A DNA stretch of 62,994 bases, counting the filler, from Reclinomonas americana ATCC 50394 (Eukaryota): the NCBI GenBank assembly GCA_048213135.1. It is 11 parts of 11 records of this genome, joined end to end, with 100 filler letters (N's around TTAATTAATTAA, not from the genome) between each part and the next. Parts side by side here need not be neighbours in the genome. Positions count along the whole stretch, not along the records: positions 8,358 to 18,117 come from AFZH01019067.1; positions 18,218 to 23,992 come from AFZH01019068.1; positions 24,093 to 26,490 come from AFZH01019070.1; 8 more parts are not named here. One strand, given 5' to 3'. Below the pieces are notes generated by a model. It made no database searches, was not told the origin of the DNA, and worked only from the letters and a program-made list of their open reading frames with translations. The translations under genes and the position numbers were made by a program. This document shows positions 11,301 to 24,905 of this stretch, in pieces. The number at the start of each line of letters is the position of its first letter. Position 1 is the first letter of the stretch.

Positions 11301-14300
11301 GCCACCATGCGACGAGGTGCATCAGTAGGCGGAGTCGGCACCGATGCTCCACTGTCGGTCCTCTGCGTCGTGGCCGACGGCTGCTTGTCTGCGGCAGCCG
11401 TAGATGCAGCACTCATCCGCTTATCCATTCTGTGACACGAAGTTAAAAAAAGTGTGAGCTGCATGCAAGGGGAAAGCTACGCCGCACTCAATGCAGTGCT
11501 GCTACTGTTGCCTGCCTCACTAAATGACGATTCTATATTGCCTCCCTCGTTGTCTGCAACACTGTTTCTCACTTCTTGTTCCAACTCTCTTGGTTCTACA
11601 ATTGTTTCGCGTCGATGTCTCGTCATTCTGTTCTTCGTCACTCATCTCATTCTCCTCGTGGTCGCAATCACGCTATCTCGCTGCTTCAAGCCATCTCTCT
11701 GTAATCTACCTGCTTTGCCGTGGTTCCCTCTTCCTCCTCCTATCCTAACTTTTTCCTTCTGTTCTCTCTTTCACCTTGTGCTCTGTCTTACTCTTCCTGT
11801 TCTCTCCTTCTTTCCTTTCCTCTGGCCTTCCCCTTTCTCCCTTTCCCTCCATCCTTTTCCTTCTCCCTCTTCTTCCTCTTCTCCCCCTCCCCTTCCCCTT
11901 CCCCTTCCTCCCCTTCCCCTTCCCCTTCCCCTTCCCCTTCCCCTTCCCCTTCCCCTTCCCCTTCCCCTTCCCCTACCACTTCCACTTCTCCTTCCCCCTT
12001 GTCCCCTTCTCCACCCTCACCTCAGGAAGTTCCCGGGCATCCCCCTCCCCTTGGCCGATCGTACCCTCGGTCCGGCACCTGTACCATCCTCTGCCACACC
12101 GTGCTCCTGCTGACTCGCTTTGAAGGCCGCCAGCGCCTCGCGGATGCTAAACATGCCGCGGAATTTCGGTAGCCGACGCAGGTGGCCAGTCTTGGGCACA
12201 AAGAACGCCAGCGGCTTCTTCTCGGACTCAGACCCCGTGGCAGAGCTCGACGATGATAGCTCATCGGGATGCTCGCCAACCTCCGGTTCATCCTTGAGTT
12301 GTTTTTGCTGCTGCTGCTGCTGCTGCATGAGCTCGGATGCCTTGAGCATGCGCTCGGCCAGCAGTTTCATCGCCTGCCGACGAAGTAGTCGTTTGTCGCG
12401 CACTCCATCATGCCAGTAGAGAATCGCCCAGCACAAAATGTACACCACATGCACGGCTGAAAACGTGCACGCACAATATAAAGTCAGACACACGCAGCTA
12501 GTGATGAAATCGTGGCAGAACGCTCACCCATGGTGTAGAAGAATGTGCGCGTGCCAATCACTTCAGCGAGCAGGCCAATGTTTGCGGGACTGTGAATCGA
12601 TAAAAGAGCGTCAGTAAAGTAGATGTGTGCACAGAGACGACTTGAGCAACACAAGCCACGCACTTGACAAAGAGGAACTGGACGGTGAAAATGGCTTCGA
12701 CGTCGATACTGAAATCGGTGAGATGATTGCAGCGACACAGCGCTGAAATGACTTGACGTGGCGGAGCGATCTGTCGGCGGTTTTTGAGTGCGATTAAAGG
12801 AAAAACATTGAGAACATAGATTGTGATTGCTCACGAAACCTTCAGAATGGTCTGACAGCCGGTGGAGTTCCACGCATTGTTTGTCGTGTCCCAGTACTTG
12901 CATAGGGAGATGGTCGAAGGGTTGACCACTGTATGGAATCGACTAATGAGAACTACGAGTGAACTGAGTGCTCAACACTCCCACACATTGAGTACCTGGC
13001 CGCGTGGCGTTGGAGGGGAAGCTTGAGTTCATCATCGCCATCGACCCCGTGTCGGCACGCGAGCTAAACATTGAAGCAACGGGTGGCGCGTGGTGTCGCT
13101 CCACAGCCGCACCAATGGCCATCGACTCGACCGTGTAAAACACAGACTTGTCGCCGTCATTGTCCACAAGAGAGTGTGTGAAATACGCCTCGCTGTCAAA
13201 CGACCGCGTGCTGTTGGCCGTGATATTCGGCTTCCGGCACATGTCGTCCATGACGACAAACATGGTCTCCGTGAACACTGGCGGGCCACGCGGACCCTTC
13301 ACGCGATCGCCGCAATTGTGCGAGTACTCCAGCAGTAGATCCTGCGCAGCGGAAGTGGGGGGAGAGTGAGAATCTGAAGCGAAAGCACCAGTGAAAGAGG
13401 GGAAGTTGGTGGTAAAGGGGAGGAGATGGAGATGGTGGAATGGATGACCGCGATCTGTCTCTCTTTCTCTCCCTCTTGGGAATCAGGACCCAAGACATCT
13501 TTGCCCAATCTCTCCTCCCCCCAACGCACCCAGTTCACGCCCGTGAAATTCGCCAACGTCTGCTGAGCAATCTCAAACAGGATTGGCTCCGGCTGTCGCG
13601 ACACCGGCAGCTCGATACCGCCACTGAACAGAGTGAGCGATTGCACTGGTGACGCGAGGTTGGTGGTGGCCGACTGATTCTTGATGGCCGGATTGATGCC
13701 CTGCTTGTAGCGCATGCTGGTGTACGAAATGGCCTGGTCGCCTGTGCTGGTGGCCCACGACGCAGGCACAACAAATTTGGTATCTGCCGACGAGTCCGTC
13801 GTATTGAATGCAGTAATGTTGGCCGAGCCGGCAGCAAACTGTCGGGGGTTTCGGTCAGAGCGATTGCGGCGACGAGCACACGCGCGAGAAAGCAACGCAC
13901 CGACAAGGTCGGCGTCTGTGCCGTCGGCGAAAAGTACGAGGCGTAGGCCTGCAGACTGTCTCCATCATACTGGAACGCATGCTCTTGCGGTGCCTGCGCA
14001 GAATCACATGTGAGCAAACCGAGAAATGAAAAAGGAGAGACAGCGCTTCACAAGGAACATGCTTGCTGCCACTTCTCCTTCCCTCGCGTCCACACATTCA
14101 ACCGCATTAGTTTCATCATTGTTTCTGTGCGTTCTCGCGCATCACCCCCTCTCTTCATCTCATTCTGCATTGTCACTTCATTAATCGCTGTGGCCGATTC
14201 TCTTCCGAATCGCCTCCCTCTGTTACTTCACCTTGTCGCCTCAATCCATCTATTATTCCTCATCTCTCTGCGCTCATACGTTTCATTCGTCTCGAAATGC

Positions 14301-17300
14301 CTCCCTTCCTGACAGTCAGTTTGATTCTCTGTGGTCTCCTGCACTCTTCTCTGTCCTCAGTTATCCTTCTCTATGCTCGAAGTCTCCCTTCTCCACTCAT
14401 TCCTGGCCTTTTTCACTGACACCATGCATCCATGCCTTTCCTCAATCTCCTTCCTCCCCTTTCTCCTTTCCTTGCCTTCCCCCTCTCCCTTCTCCCTTTC
14501 TTTCCCCTCTCCCTTCCCCTTCTCCCTTCCCCTTCTTCCGCACACACCTTGCCCGCCACGCTCAGCTGCGACGTGACATGCACAATATCGGTACCCGTCT
14601 TGGCCACGGCATCAAACGTCGACAGGTCGCTCTTGTCGCGGAAGGTCTCGACTTGCAATCGGTCGACAATCTTGAGCAGTGCCAATACGTCGGCATCCGA
14701 CAGCGAGGTCGCCGACGAAGCAACGGCAGAGCCGGCTGCAATCACATTCTTGCTAATGTCCTTGGTTTCTTGCGACTGCGGCGGCATGAGTGACGTGGAA
14801 CTGCGAGAGCACGCGCGATGAGAACTTGCTTGTTGCGACCGAGAAATCCACTTTCAAACGCAACTCGGCCGCAATGCTCATGGTGGTGAGGAGACTCTTG
14901 GCCACGTCGGGACGCCGAGACAGGTCAATCTGCGATGTCGCCGACACCATCGCGTCGGTGAGTTGTCGAATGCCCTGACGCACGTTGGTGGCTGCAAACA
15001 CAGGAGCGATGGTTGTCAGATCCATGCTTTTGCAAACAGCGGTGCGTGAGTGTGTGTGTACGTGCCACGCCTCACCATCGCTTCCCGTGAGTAAATCCTG
15101 TCGAGTGGACGTATCCTCGATGAGAGACATGGTAAAGTGCACTTGACCGATTTGCGAACTGGCAATGTCCTCACTACTCGTCGCCGACGCCTTGTCGACA
15201 CGCGCAGCTTCCACGGTGAAGAAAGTCTTTGCTGCCACCGTGGCACTCTCGGAGGACGGTCGCACCGCGACCTCTTGCGTGAGATGCACACTGCGCGCAA
15301 GTGTTGTTGATTGGTACCAATGTGCAACAGGTGCATCACAACAGCAAGAATACGCACCTGGAGAGAAGCGAGTCGCGCACAACGACTCCCACAGTGATGT
15401 TGTAGCCACGATTGGGGTCTCCCGCCTCCAGCACAAAGCCGTCCAGCCTCCACGATTGCTTGCTTGAGAGAAGCACTTGCGTGCCGAACGGCGGCGGCCG
15501 AATGTAGTAGAACGAGTACGTAAGCGGCTGGTCCTCGTCAATGAAACCGGCAGCGGTGACATTGAAGCTGGTGGATCGTTCGAGGCCAGACGAAGGCGTG
15601 ATCACCAATTGGCCGAGCGACGGTGGTCCGTTCATCGTGAACGTCACACTTGCCGAGGCTGAGAGGGGAATGACAATAAGCATCAACTATCATTCAGTTC
15701 AGCAGAGGTGTGAACCCACTCACCGAGATCCGACAGCGGCGCCGTCACCGTGACTGTGATAGTGTACAGCTCGCCACCCAGCAGGACGCCGGGTTGGATG
15801 CGCACACTGACTGGCAGGCCCAGTGCGTCGGTAATGTACACCCAGAAACGCGGATCGGACGTGTCAAGCGCCACGCCCACACTCGCTGTGGCGTGAGAGT
15901 ACATGTCAGAGAGTGAGCGGTGGTGGTCGAGAGAGAGAGATGTTAACGCAACATTTCGCACTCCAAGTGTACTTGATGTTGCTGAGCTGGTCTGCAGTGT
16001 AGCCACGCACGGTGGACGACAGCGTCACCGACTGTTGCGGGTCCAATCGTACAACACTGACACTGGAGTCACTGGCAATTACCTGATGATGACACGATCG
16101 AGCATGTCAATAAGGGAGGCGAGAAGTGCTGTCGAGGAAAAGGCAGGATACGAGACGCAACTCTTGCAAGTGAAACGCTATTAGCCGTATTGCGAACTTC
16201 CAACGTAGTCGACGCTGTGGCACTGCGCAGCGCCTTGGTGTACAGCAACGAAAAAGTGTAACTGCGAGAGACACAAAAAGCGCGATAAACAACAGCTCAC
16301 AGGCGCCAGCACACTCATGAAGACACGCAACAAGCCAACGGGCAACTCGCCGGGGACAAAGTCCAATTGTTTCGCTGTGGTCGTGGCAACTTTTGACACT
16401 GGACATGCGGCGCCGGTCGACCCGCTCTGCGATGAGAACGTGCACGACCAACTGAACTGCTCCGTCACATCAACCAAGGCTGCTGATGTCGCGTCGAGGT
16501 CGACGGGGAGAGCGCGCACAGAGATGGGATCCGTGAGAGCCACCGAGCCGCCACCACCAAGAATCTTTAGCTGAAGTGGACGGGCAACTGGAGTCGTACA
16601 ATGCGGAGGAATGTCAGACGGGAACAGTTGTGCGGAGATAACGAGGCGACATGGAGGAGAGCTCACCAACAACGGTCACAGCCCAGCCCGACCCCTGAAT
16701 TGCGGTGTTGGTGACAAAGCCGAGGGTGAGCGACCCACCTGCAAACGGCATTTTTTTCGGTGAGCGTCAAGCCCAGCAACAACAGCGACAAGAAATGTAG
16801 AGTGCTAACCAGACAGGTGCAGAGTGCGATCTGCCTTGGCGACATCACCAATGTTGCCGGACCATTGCCTGGCGACAGTGGAAGTGGACGAACCAGTCGC
16901 GGTCGTGTAGACGCTGACCACGTCGTTCATGGCCTCGGTACTCAACCGTTCCAGATGCAAGACAGCCGAGCAGCCAGTGGGGATTGTGGGCAGCTGCGAT
17001 GCTAATTGTCAACAACCTCATATGAAAGGCAAATTGACATCATTACATGAGCAACATCGAACTCACCTTGACATCCCACTTGCAGTCGCGGCTCTGTGTG
17101 TACTGACTTCCGGTTGGTGTGCCATCGGTCACTGTGACCGTCGTGCCGATGTTGGCCACCGTGACCGTCGTGGTGCCGACGCAAGTGGGTCCAGCACCGA
17201 TCTCTATCACAGGCAGGGGGTACAGTGAGTGTGTGTCTCGTGGCATAACGAGGATGAGACGTCTTGAAACGCACGAAAGGTAACAACAGTGCCAAACGGT

Positions 17301-18217
17301 CCCCATGAACCGCCTTGGGCATTGCGCGAGCGCATCGACAAGTTGTACGAGGTCAGCGGCTTGAGGTTGTCCACGGTCACCGACGTGATGGTCGGGCCGA
17401 TTTGCACCGACTGGCTCGTGGTGGTGCCCGTCGGCAGATACTGCAGCTCCACCAAGTCGATGGCATACGGCGACACCACCGTAATTGTGTCGCGCACAAT
17501 GACAAGGGAGGCGAGCGTCGAGTTGAAAACCGGAGTGACGCTGAGAATTTCCACTGGCGGCGCGATGAACGGCACAGCTGCATTGAAGGTGATTGGTGAG
17601 CGTCAACAGTCTTCGAAGAAAGGAAAGTGTCGTGCAAACAACTCACAAACACTCTGGTCGGCGGACCACGCGCCAGGTCCACTGCCATCGACGTATCGCA
17701 CTCGAATGGTGTACGTCACACCGGTCACCGACATTGGAATAACAATCGGCAGCGTGGCCTGCACCACGATGGTGCCCGTGGTGGACGAGAAGCGCAGGGT
17801 CTTGGGATTGGCAGGCGAGGCGCACTGGAACACCGTGGAACTCGTACAGTATTGTACTTCAATGTACAAGGCCGCCTGCAATGCATTTCATGAGTGAGGA
17901 GCAGTCACGCGCGCGTCAAGTGTCAGCAAACGCACCGAGTTTGAGGCAATCGGAATGCTCAGCTGCGCATTGGGGGGTGTTGTGGCCACGTAGGTGACAG
18001 TGGGCACGTCGGGCGTTACCAGGCCGGAGATCGGGAAATCGAGTGCGGTCGCTGCGGATGCGAGAGATCCACTATCAGTCGTGGAAAACTCACCAACCAC
18101 TGGCAACCGAAGCAGAANNNNNNNNNNNNNNNNNNNNNNNNNNNNNNNNNNNNNNNNNNNNTTAATTAATTAANNNNNNNNNNNNNNNNNNNNNNNNNNN
18201 NNNNNNNNNNNNNNNNN

Positions 18218-18276
<59 letters not shown>

Positions 18277-21200
18277 CGTGCTGAAGAGTGTCAATCGCCA
18301 AAAGGCACCGACCTGAGGAGCTGTGTTGCCGGAAAACAATGCCTGGCCGTACACGAGTGCGCCAGTTGATCCGCTAATGGCAAAGGCACCGCCCTATTGC
18401 CACAACCACGTCAGCCATGTTAACAAAGAGGGGACAAACTTCAACAAATCCTACTCAACTGCTGTGCCGGCTGTGTTCTTCACAAAGCAGCTGTTGGTCA
18501 TGTTGAAAAATGTCCCCGTAGTGGTTGCAGTGGAGTAGCCGGCACCACCGGATTGTATGGCCGTGTTGTTGATCATGCGACAGGTGTCGCACGTCAGCTT
18601 TCCAGCGGAGCCAATCAGGGCAAAAGCACCACCGTTAGTGGCCCGGCTGCTGGATATCTCGGTGGTGCGCATAAGCACGGTGCCCTCGATATATAGCGCT
18701 CCACCAGTTCGAGCGTCGTTATTCGTGAATGAGCTGCTCGTCACCAACGCCGACGCAGCCGGCTCCACGTACACGGGTGACCCGGGTGTCAAAGTGCCAG
18801 TAAGGCGGGAGCCGCGAATGGACAGGCCGGAGGTTGTCAGCGACGAGCTCCCCTTCACCAAGATGATTTGCGACAAGTACGTCTGATTGATGATGGCCAC
18901 CGTGTTCAGTGTAGCTGCCACGCCCGGTCCAACGTACAACATCACATTGGTGTTGTCACTCATGCTCTGCACAGGAGTAGTGAGTGGGCTTGAGAAGGAC
19001 CCCTCTCTCCGTCCAACGCCACGCGTGAGTAAAACGTACCGTTGACGAGATGAGCAGTGTGCTGGACGAAGTGTCGATGATGATGCCCTGCAACGTTCCA
19101 CCCGATGGCGTCGAGTTGAGGGTGAAGAAACAGTTGTTCAGCACCTTGGCTCCGCTACTGGTGTCAAAGTGCACGGCCGCCTTTGTGTTGCTGCTGAACG
19201 TAGCCCCGGTAATGGTCAGCGGCTGTGTGCCAGCATAGTACAGTGCACCGCCGCTGGTAGTGCCGGAGCTGTTGCTGAAATTGGTTCCGTTAATGGAAAG
19301 GACGCGCGCGCCTTGGAAGCTCACTGCGCCGCCATTGCCGGCACTGCAGTTGGTGAAGGAACCAGTCGACAGTGTCAAGGATACTCCAGACACGTAGATT
19401 GCACTGCAAGTGCGCGAGAGCGAATCAGGGTATGAGTAAGAGAAAACGTACGACAAGTATCTGTTGTTTAGGTGCGCAAAAAACAACTAACCCGCCACTG
19501 GTTGACGCCGTGCACCCGGAGAACTGACCGTTGGAGATGGAGATCGAGTGGCCAGCGCCACCGCTCATATAGATGGCGCCACCGGCGCCTGCGGTCGCCT
19601 GCGCGTTGTTCACCACCACGTTTTCGATCGTCACAACGCCGCCGTTTCCAATGTTGAGCATTCCACCCGATGAGCCCTGCACATTGGTGAACTGCGAGTT
19701 GAAAATGCCAATCTGGGAGGGCAAGCAACAAAAGTTAGAGCAAGACTCGCCAATCAGGAACAAGGGACACTGTACAAAACCGTGAGTGCGAACGCTCCAC
19801 CGGAAGCAATGGCCGAAGTCGTGGCGCCATTGAATGTGCAGCCGGAGATAGTGACCGCCGACGACGTCGAGACGGTCACAAAGGTCGCGCAGTTGGAGAA
19901 GCTCAGTTGCGAAAATGTCGTGGCTTCCGCGACAAAGAACGCGTTCTGCGACGAAGGAGAGCACTGGATCTGCGTCGTGGCATTGGTGCCCGCCGCCGGG
20001 TTCGTACGAATGATGAGCGCGGTGGACGGAAGCGTCACCAGCGACGGTAGAATAATGGTAGCCCTGCAGGAGACAGGAGCCACGAGGGTAAGTCAACAGA
20101 AACTTGGATGCGAAGACATACTCATTCTATCCCCCCGAACTCACGTTGGCGAAAGATTAATGGTCCTCCCGGTAGCACTTGTTGCAGCCAATGCGACGGC
20201 TGCACTCAGTTGGTTAAAGGGGAAGCGAGACGTTCCGACGCCTCCAGCGATGTTGGTTGGCGTCACAAATATGGCGCTTCCGGGATTCACGTCGTTTGTG
20301 AACGTGACCGCTCCTATTGATATCAAACAAATAAGTCCACACGGCAATCGTGCAAGGAGCCAGAATGAGCAGCGCACCGGGACATGTGCGGGCATATGTC
20401 AACTCCGTCGTCGTGCACACGTCGCAAAGCCAACCAGATGGCAACTGCGTCGCCGGTGATCCATTCTGCACCGCTGCATTCGAACAGTTGCCGCTGCAAA
20501 TGGACAGCAGACTGCTAATCTGGAAGACAGACTGCGTGTCCATCTTAATAACGGATGAGGCATTCGTGCCAGAGTCCACCAGCGTGCCACCGACGACATA
20601 AAGTGTCGTGCTGCCAACGAGGCGCGCAACACCACCGCCAACACTGGCGCTGCAGTCCTGGATGCACGGAGATATCAATGCGACAGTCGAGTCACTGCTG
20701 GAAATGTACAGTGCGCCGCCCTCGCCGGTGCCCGAAGTTGTAGTGCTGCTGGTCAACGACAAGCCAGTGATCGTTACCATCGCGCCGCCGCTGACAAACA
20801 TGAAGCCGCCAGCGAAGGTCGACGAGTTCTGGGTGCCAGTCAATGAGGAGCCGTTGAGGCGGCCCGACGACACTGAAATGGCTCCGCCGCCATTCTTGCA
20901 AGAGTTGTTGCTGAACGTCGATGCCGACAAGTTGGCGGCGGCCATCGAGGCGACGGAGATGGCGCCATTGTTGGAGTTGTTGGTGAATGACGAATTGATG
21001 ACGCGAGCCTCCGAGCCGTAGCCAGTCACAGCAACGGCCATTGCGTTGGAGCGCATGTCCAACGAGGCTGCATTCAGAATCGCACCATTTGACACTGTGA
21101 TGGCACCGACACCGTCCTGCTGCGACTGATTGTTCTCGAAAGTCTGCGACAATCGATCAGACAATGGCGGCAGCGTATGCGGAGAAAGTGAAAGTCAACG

Positions 21201-23860
21201 CACCAACACAGTGGCGCGAACGGTACAAGATGAAATGCGCAGCGCGGCGCCCTGGTTCTGGATAAAGTACGTCTTGTCGATGACTGGAATGTTGGTGGTC
21301 TGTAGCACATGGCAGAGAAAGCCATTTGAGAAGATCAAATACCAATATAAAGCGTCGAAAAGGAGGGGTGACCGCACCACGCCAATGATCGAGAGCGCGT
21401 CATTGTTGCGACTGAAAATGCACGAGGACACTTGCAGATCGGAGGCACCGTTGGCCACCACGGTTGGCGACGAGGCTTGCGAGAAACTGACCACCACTTG
21501 GCTGAGCGTAAGGGACGCTCCAGTTCCAGCGAAAATGGCTGCATCAAGCAGAGTATGAGCAGAGGGGTGACTTTGGAGGGGGAGGGAGACAGAAAGAATG
21601 AAACGCACCACCGCCCACCGACGCTCCACTTTGGACGAAAAATGACTGCTGGATGGTGACAGAACCTCCGGTCGCGTAGACAGCACTGCAAAAAAGGTGA
21701 GTCGCGAGAACCAGTGGAAGGAAAGTTCATGAATACAACGGGTACGCACCCGCCACTGTAAATCGCGGCATTGCCAATGAACGAGGACGACGATATGGTG
21801 AGGGTGGCGAAGCTGGTGGCGTAGATGGCACTCCCGTTCGCGCCATACAGATTCGAAAATTTCGAATTGGAAATTGAGGCAGAGGACGATCCGCCAGTGA
21901 GTGAAATGCCGACGCCATCGATTGTGGAGATTTGCGACATGGGCGAAAAGTCCGAGTCGGTCACCGTCAGCTGGCCCAGCTGCACCTCCAGTGCGCGCAC
22001 CGCGCCCACCATCAGGCTACAGTTGAGAACGCTGAAGGTGATTGGCGTTACACCAAACTGCTGCAAGGAGAAGCTGCAGCTGCGGAACTGCACACGGCGA
22101 AGGGTCAAGCTCTCCATCACCGTGAAGGTGACGTTGTTGCCGGTGCTGCACTGCACAATAGCGAGGGTGACGGCGTCGGCCGATGAGATCTCCAACGGGG
22201 TGTTGATGGTAATGGACACGTTGACGTTGTGTTGCCCCACACCGGCCGATCCGCCGCCTCCTATCGACGAGTTCAGCAGCAACAGAATCTTGTCGCTGCC
22301 GGTGGTCGCCGCGGCCAGTGCGTCGCTGAGCTGCCCGTGCGGCTTCGAGGCGGTGCCGAGCCCTGTGGATGAGTTCATCGGGGACACGTAGCGCTGCACC
22401 ACGGCATCTGGGGTGGCAAGAAGGAGAGGAAAAAGAAGGCGAAGGAGAGTGGTCAGCAGGCAGTTATAGATGGTGAAGAGGAGGAAGTTTTCGACGCAAC
22501 TGGCGGTGACGACGGCGTTCATCGGTGTCCAGTCCGAGCCGCCGGCAATTGCCACACACAGAATGTACTGCTGCCCTTCGGCGGCGGCCGATGTGTCTGC
22601 CGTGCCGATCACCGACGTGGAGCTGTTGCTGCCAGCGTTTACCGCCACATACGAGGCCATAGTGGTCAGTGAGCAGTTGGTGGTCGCAGTGCCCAGGGCG
22701 AGTTTCATCACGGGAACAGTGGCGGTCGGAAATGAGTTGCCAACGAGCGTCACAGAGGCGGTCGCCGACAGCGGCAGCAAAGCTGTGAAGGTCGAGAGGG
22801 ATGCTGCGCGAGACGAAACTATGGGAGGGAGGCCAACAACAACAATGCCCCCATGAGCTGCACGTACCAACTGTGATATTGACTCCAGTACCCATGGCCA
22901 ACCACGTGCCGGGATTGTCGGGTTGCACACACAGCGTATAGGAGCCGGCGGCCTGCGCATTGAGCTGCAGCGAGACGATCGCCTGAGTGGAAGTCATGCT
23001 GACCGAGTAGGTGTTCAAGAATGTCTGCGGAGAACAGCTGCCCGACGACGACAGCGCAAACTTGATGGTGTTGGGCGTCGTCGTGGGCAAGCTCTGGCCG
23101 GAAATGGTCAACAGCTGCGAGTCGAGCGCCAGCACCGCGGATGGCGAAAACTGCGTGAAATCCAGCGAGAAGACTGCAATCGTCGCTTGATTCGCCTGGT
23201 ACACGGGGCCGGGAGTGGCAGTCGAATCTAGGGACACGCACACATACACCGCGTCGCCAAGGGCGAAACTGGAAAAGTCGGCCGTGGCCAGAATGTGATT
23301 GCTGTTGATGCTGACGCCAGTGGCGGCGTAGCCGCCAGTGCAGCTGCCCGACGTCGTCAGGCGCACACTCGGAGTCGCCGTGGCAGGCACGTTGTTGCCC
23401 AGCAAGTCCAACATGCGCCCGGCGGTTCGCTGCACCGCCAATGGGGAGACGCCCACCATGCCCGCTGTGAAAAAGAAAAAATGAAGGACAGAAAAAGGGT
23501 GGGAGGCAAAGAGCAATGATAAAAAAAGAACCAACCGAGAGTGATCGTGTAGCCAGACATTTGTTTCCAGAGGCGCGGGGCGGGGTTGTTACTCGGCAGC
23601 AGCGACAGGCACACTTGGTAGGCGGCGCCCAGATTAATACTGCCGTCCATGTGATCGAGGGTGATGGTCACGGTGCCGGCGGTGGAGGTTATCGACGACA
23701 CGTTGATCATGTTGCCGCCAGTGGTGTTGCACGGACTGGTGGTGACCAGCGCCGTCACTGGCGTCGGAGAGCCGACGGGGAAATTGGAGCCCCCCACGAT
23801 GATGGTGGCTCCGGCGGTCTTCCAGAGGAAGGCGGGCGAGACCGAAGACACGGAGGCTGA
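8358..23860 (-). CDS. Giant polycystin-1/REJ-like membrane receptor: 4 IPT/Ig-like repeats, two PMP-type beta-helix regions, 2 FN3, CUB, REJ, GAIN/GPS, at least 3 TM (partial at both ends; gap 18118-18217)
   Basis: GGA(I/L)Y and FxxN repeats (18300-22400). FN3 (VTVDNLKPLTSYNLSMRSRNAQG). CUB-like (YTQSRDCKW...LERLSTEAMNDVVSVY...LTLGFVTN). REJ (FSWSC; PPSLGQLVITPSSGLERSTSFNVTAAGFIDEDQPLTYSFYY). GPS (CKYWDTTNNAWNSTGC|...CRCNHLTDFS). TM1 at about 12410-12455. PKD1-type HSWLSTVTGMPTSNFRRTQKLT|VLWLATMCAIYLNCVF. Confidence 0.88.
11888..11973. repeat. (TTCCCC)n hexamer repeat within an intron
   Basis: Directly visible. Confidence 0.9.
12708..12905 (-). other. GPS autoproteolysis motif (split by one intron)
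   Basis: CKYW...W...GC and CRCNHL/TDFS after removing intron GTTTCGT...CCGACAG. Confidence 0.92.
18218..18272. repeat. (TG)n microsatellite at contig end
   Basis: Directly visible. Confidence 0.95.
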
Positions 23861-24765
23861 TGGTATGAGGGGGAAGGGGGGATGAGGGGAGATGAGGGGA
23901 AGGGGAGATGAGGGAAGGGGAAGAAACAGGGGGAAGGTGAAGGGGGAACAAAAAGGGGGAAGGAACAGGGGGAAAGGAAACGGGGGGAAGGTNNNNNNNN
24001 NNNNNNNNNNNNNNNNNNNNNNNNNNNNNNNNNNNNTTAATTAATTAANNNNNNNNNNNNNNNNNNNNNNNNNNNNNNNNNNNNNNNNNNNNCGGTGTGT
24101 GTGTACACAAAACAATCTTGTGTGTTCTTTTTCCTTTTTCTTTTTCCTCTAAGTGTGGGTTGTGTCTCAGCGCATGCGCAGTGTGTGAGTGACTGTGTGT
24201 GTGACTGAGTGTGATGTGGGAGCAACCGCAGTTGTGCGACCAATTTGCTCTCTCTCGTCACAAAAAACGAAAAATTGATTTGGTCTCAACGGTCGAAAAT
24301 TGCGCGCGCGCGCGCTCACTTTCTGCGTTGAGAGCGGAGTGGTGTGAGAGCGCGAGAGTGAGTGCGAGTGTGCTTGTGTGTGTGTGTGAGTCGTGTTGTC
24401 GAGTATGGGAGCCTGTTTCGCGTGGGCGCAATGCGCTGCGCTTCGGATATCGGAAATACGACTTTGAGTTTTGGTTCCCGCCAGCAGCTGAAAACAGAAA
24501 TAGAGGGCCGTGCTCGTGCCGCTTCCCTCTGTGTCAGGCGATGGGGGCCGATGATACGTCGCGCATGTGCGAGTCTCAGGCAAGATTATTCGCAAGAAGA
24601 GTCACAAAAGAGAGATAAATTAATTTTGTCGACGTTCGAGTTGTCCGTATTGAAGTACATCGTCATGCAACAGCACACTGCCCTTCGCGACACTGCAATG
24701 ATACAGACGTACATGGCACATGAGAGCGCTGACCGGCGGAGCCTTCAGGATAACCGTTTTTGAAT

Positions 24766-24905
24766 GCAGTTCTCGACTTGTTCGAAGCTCTGTGGGGAGC
24801 GAATTCGAACGCACACACACGCGAGAAAGCCGACCGCTGCGTTCAAACCCTTCGAGACAGATGGTTGTGTTGCAGTGTTGGATTTTCTCGCACTGGCCAT
24901 CAAGA
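24766..24905. repeat. Dispersed intergenic repeat, copy C (more diverged)
   Basis: GCAGTTCTCGACTTGTTCGAAGCTC matches copy B GCAGTTTTCGACTTGTTCGAAGCTC at 24 of 25 nt, followed by GAGCGA.TTCGAAC.CAC. Confidence 0.7.

Noticed and set aside
11888..11973. (TTCCCC)n as an internal telomeric repeat
   Set aside because: It is embedded in a pyrimidine-rich intron and is not a recognised telomere unit in a terminal context.
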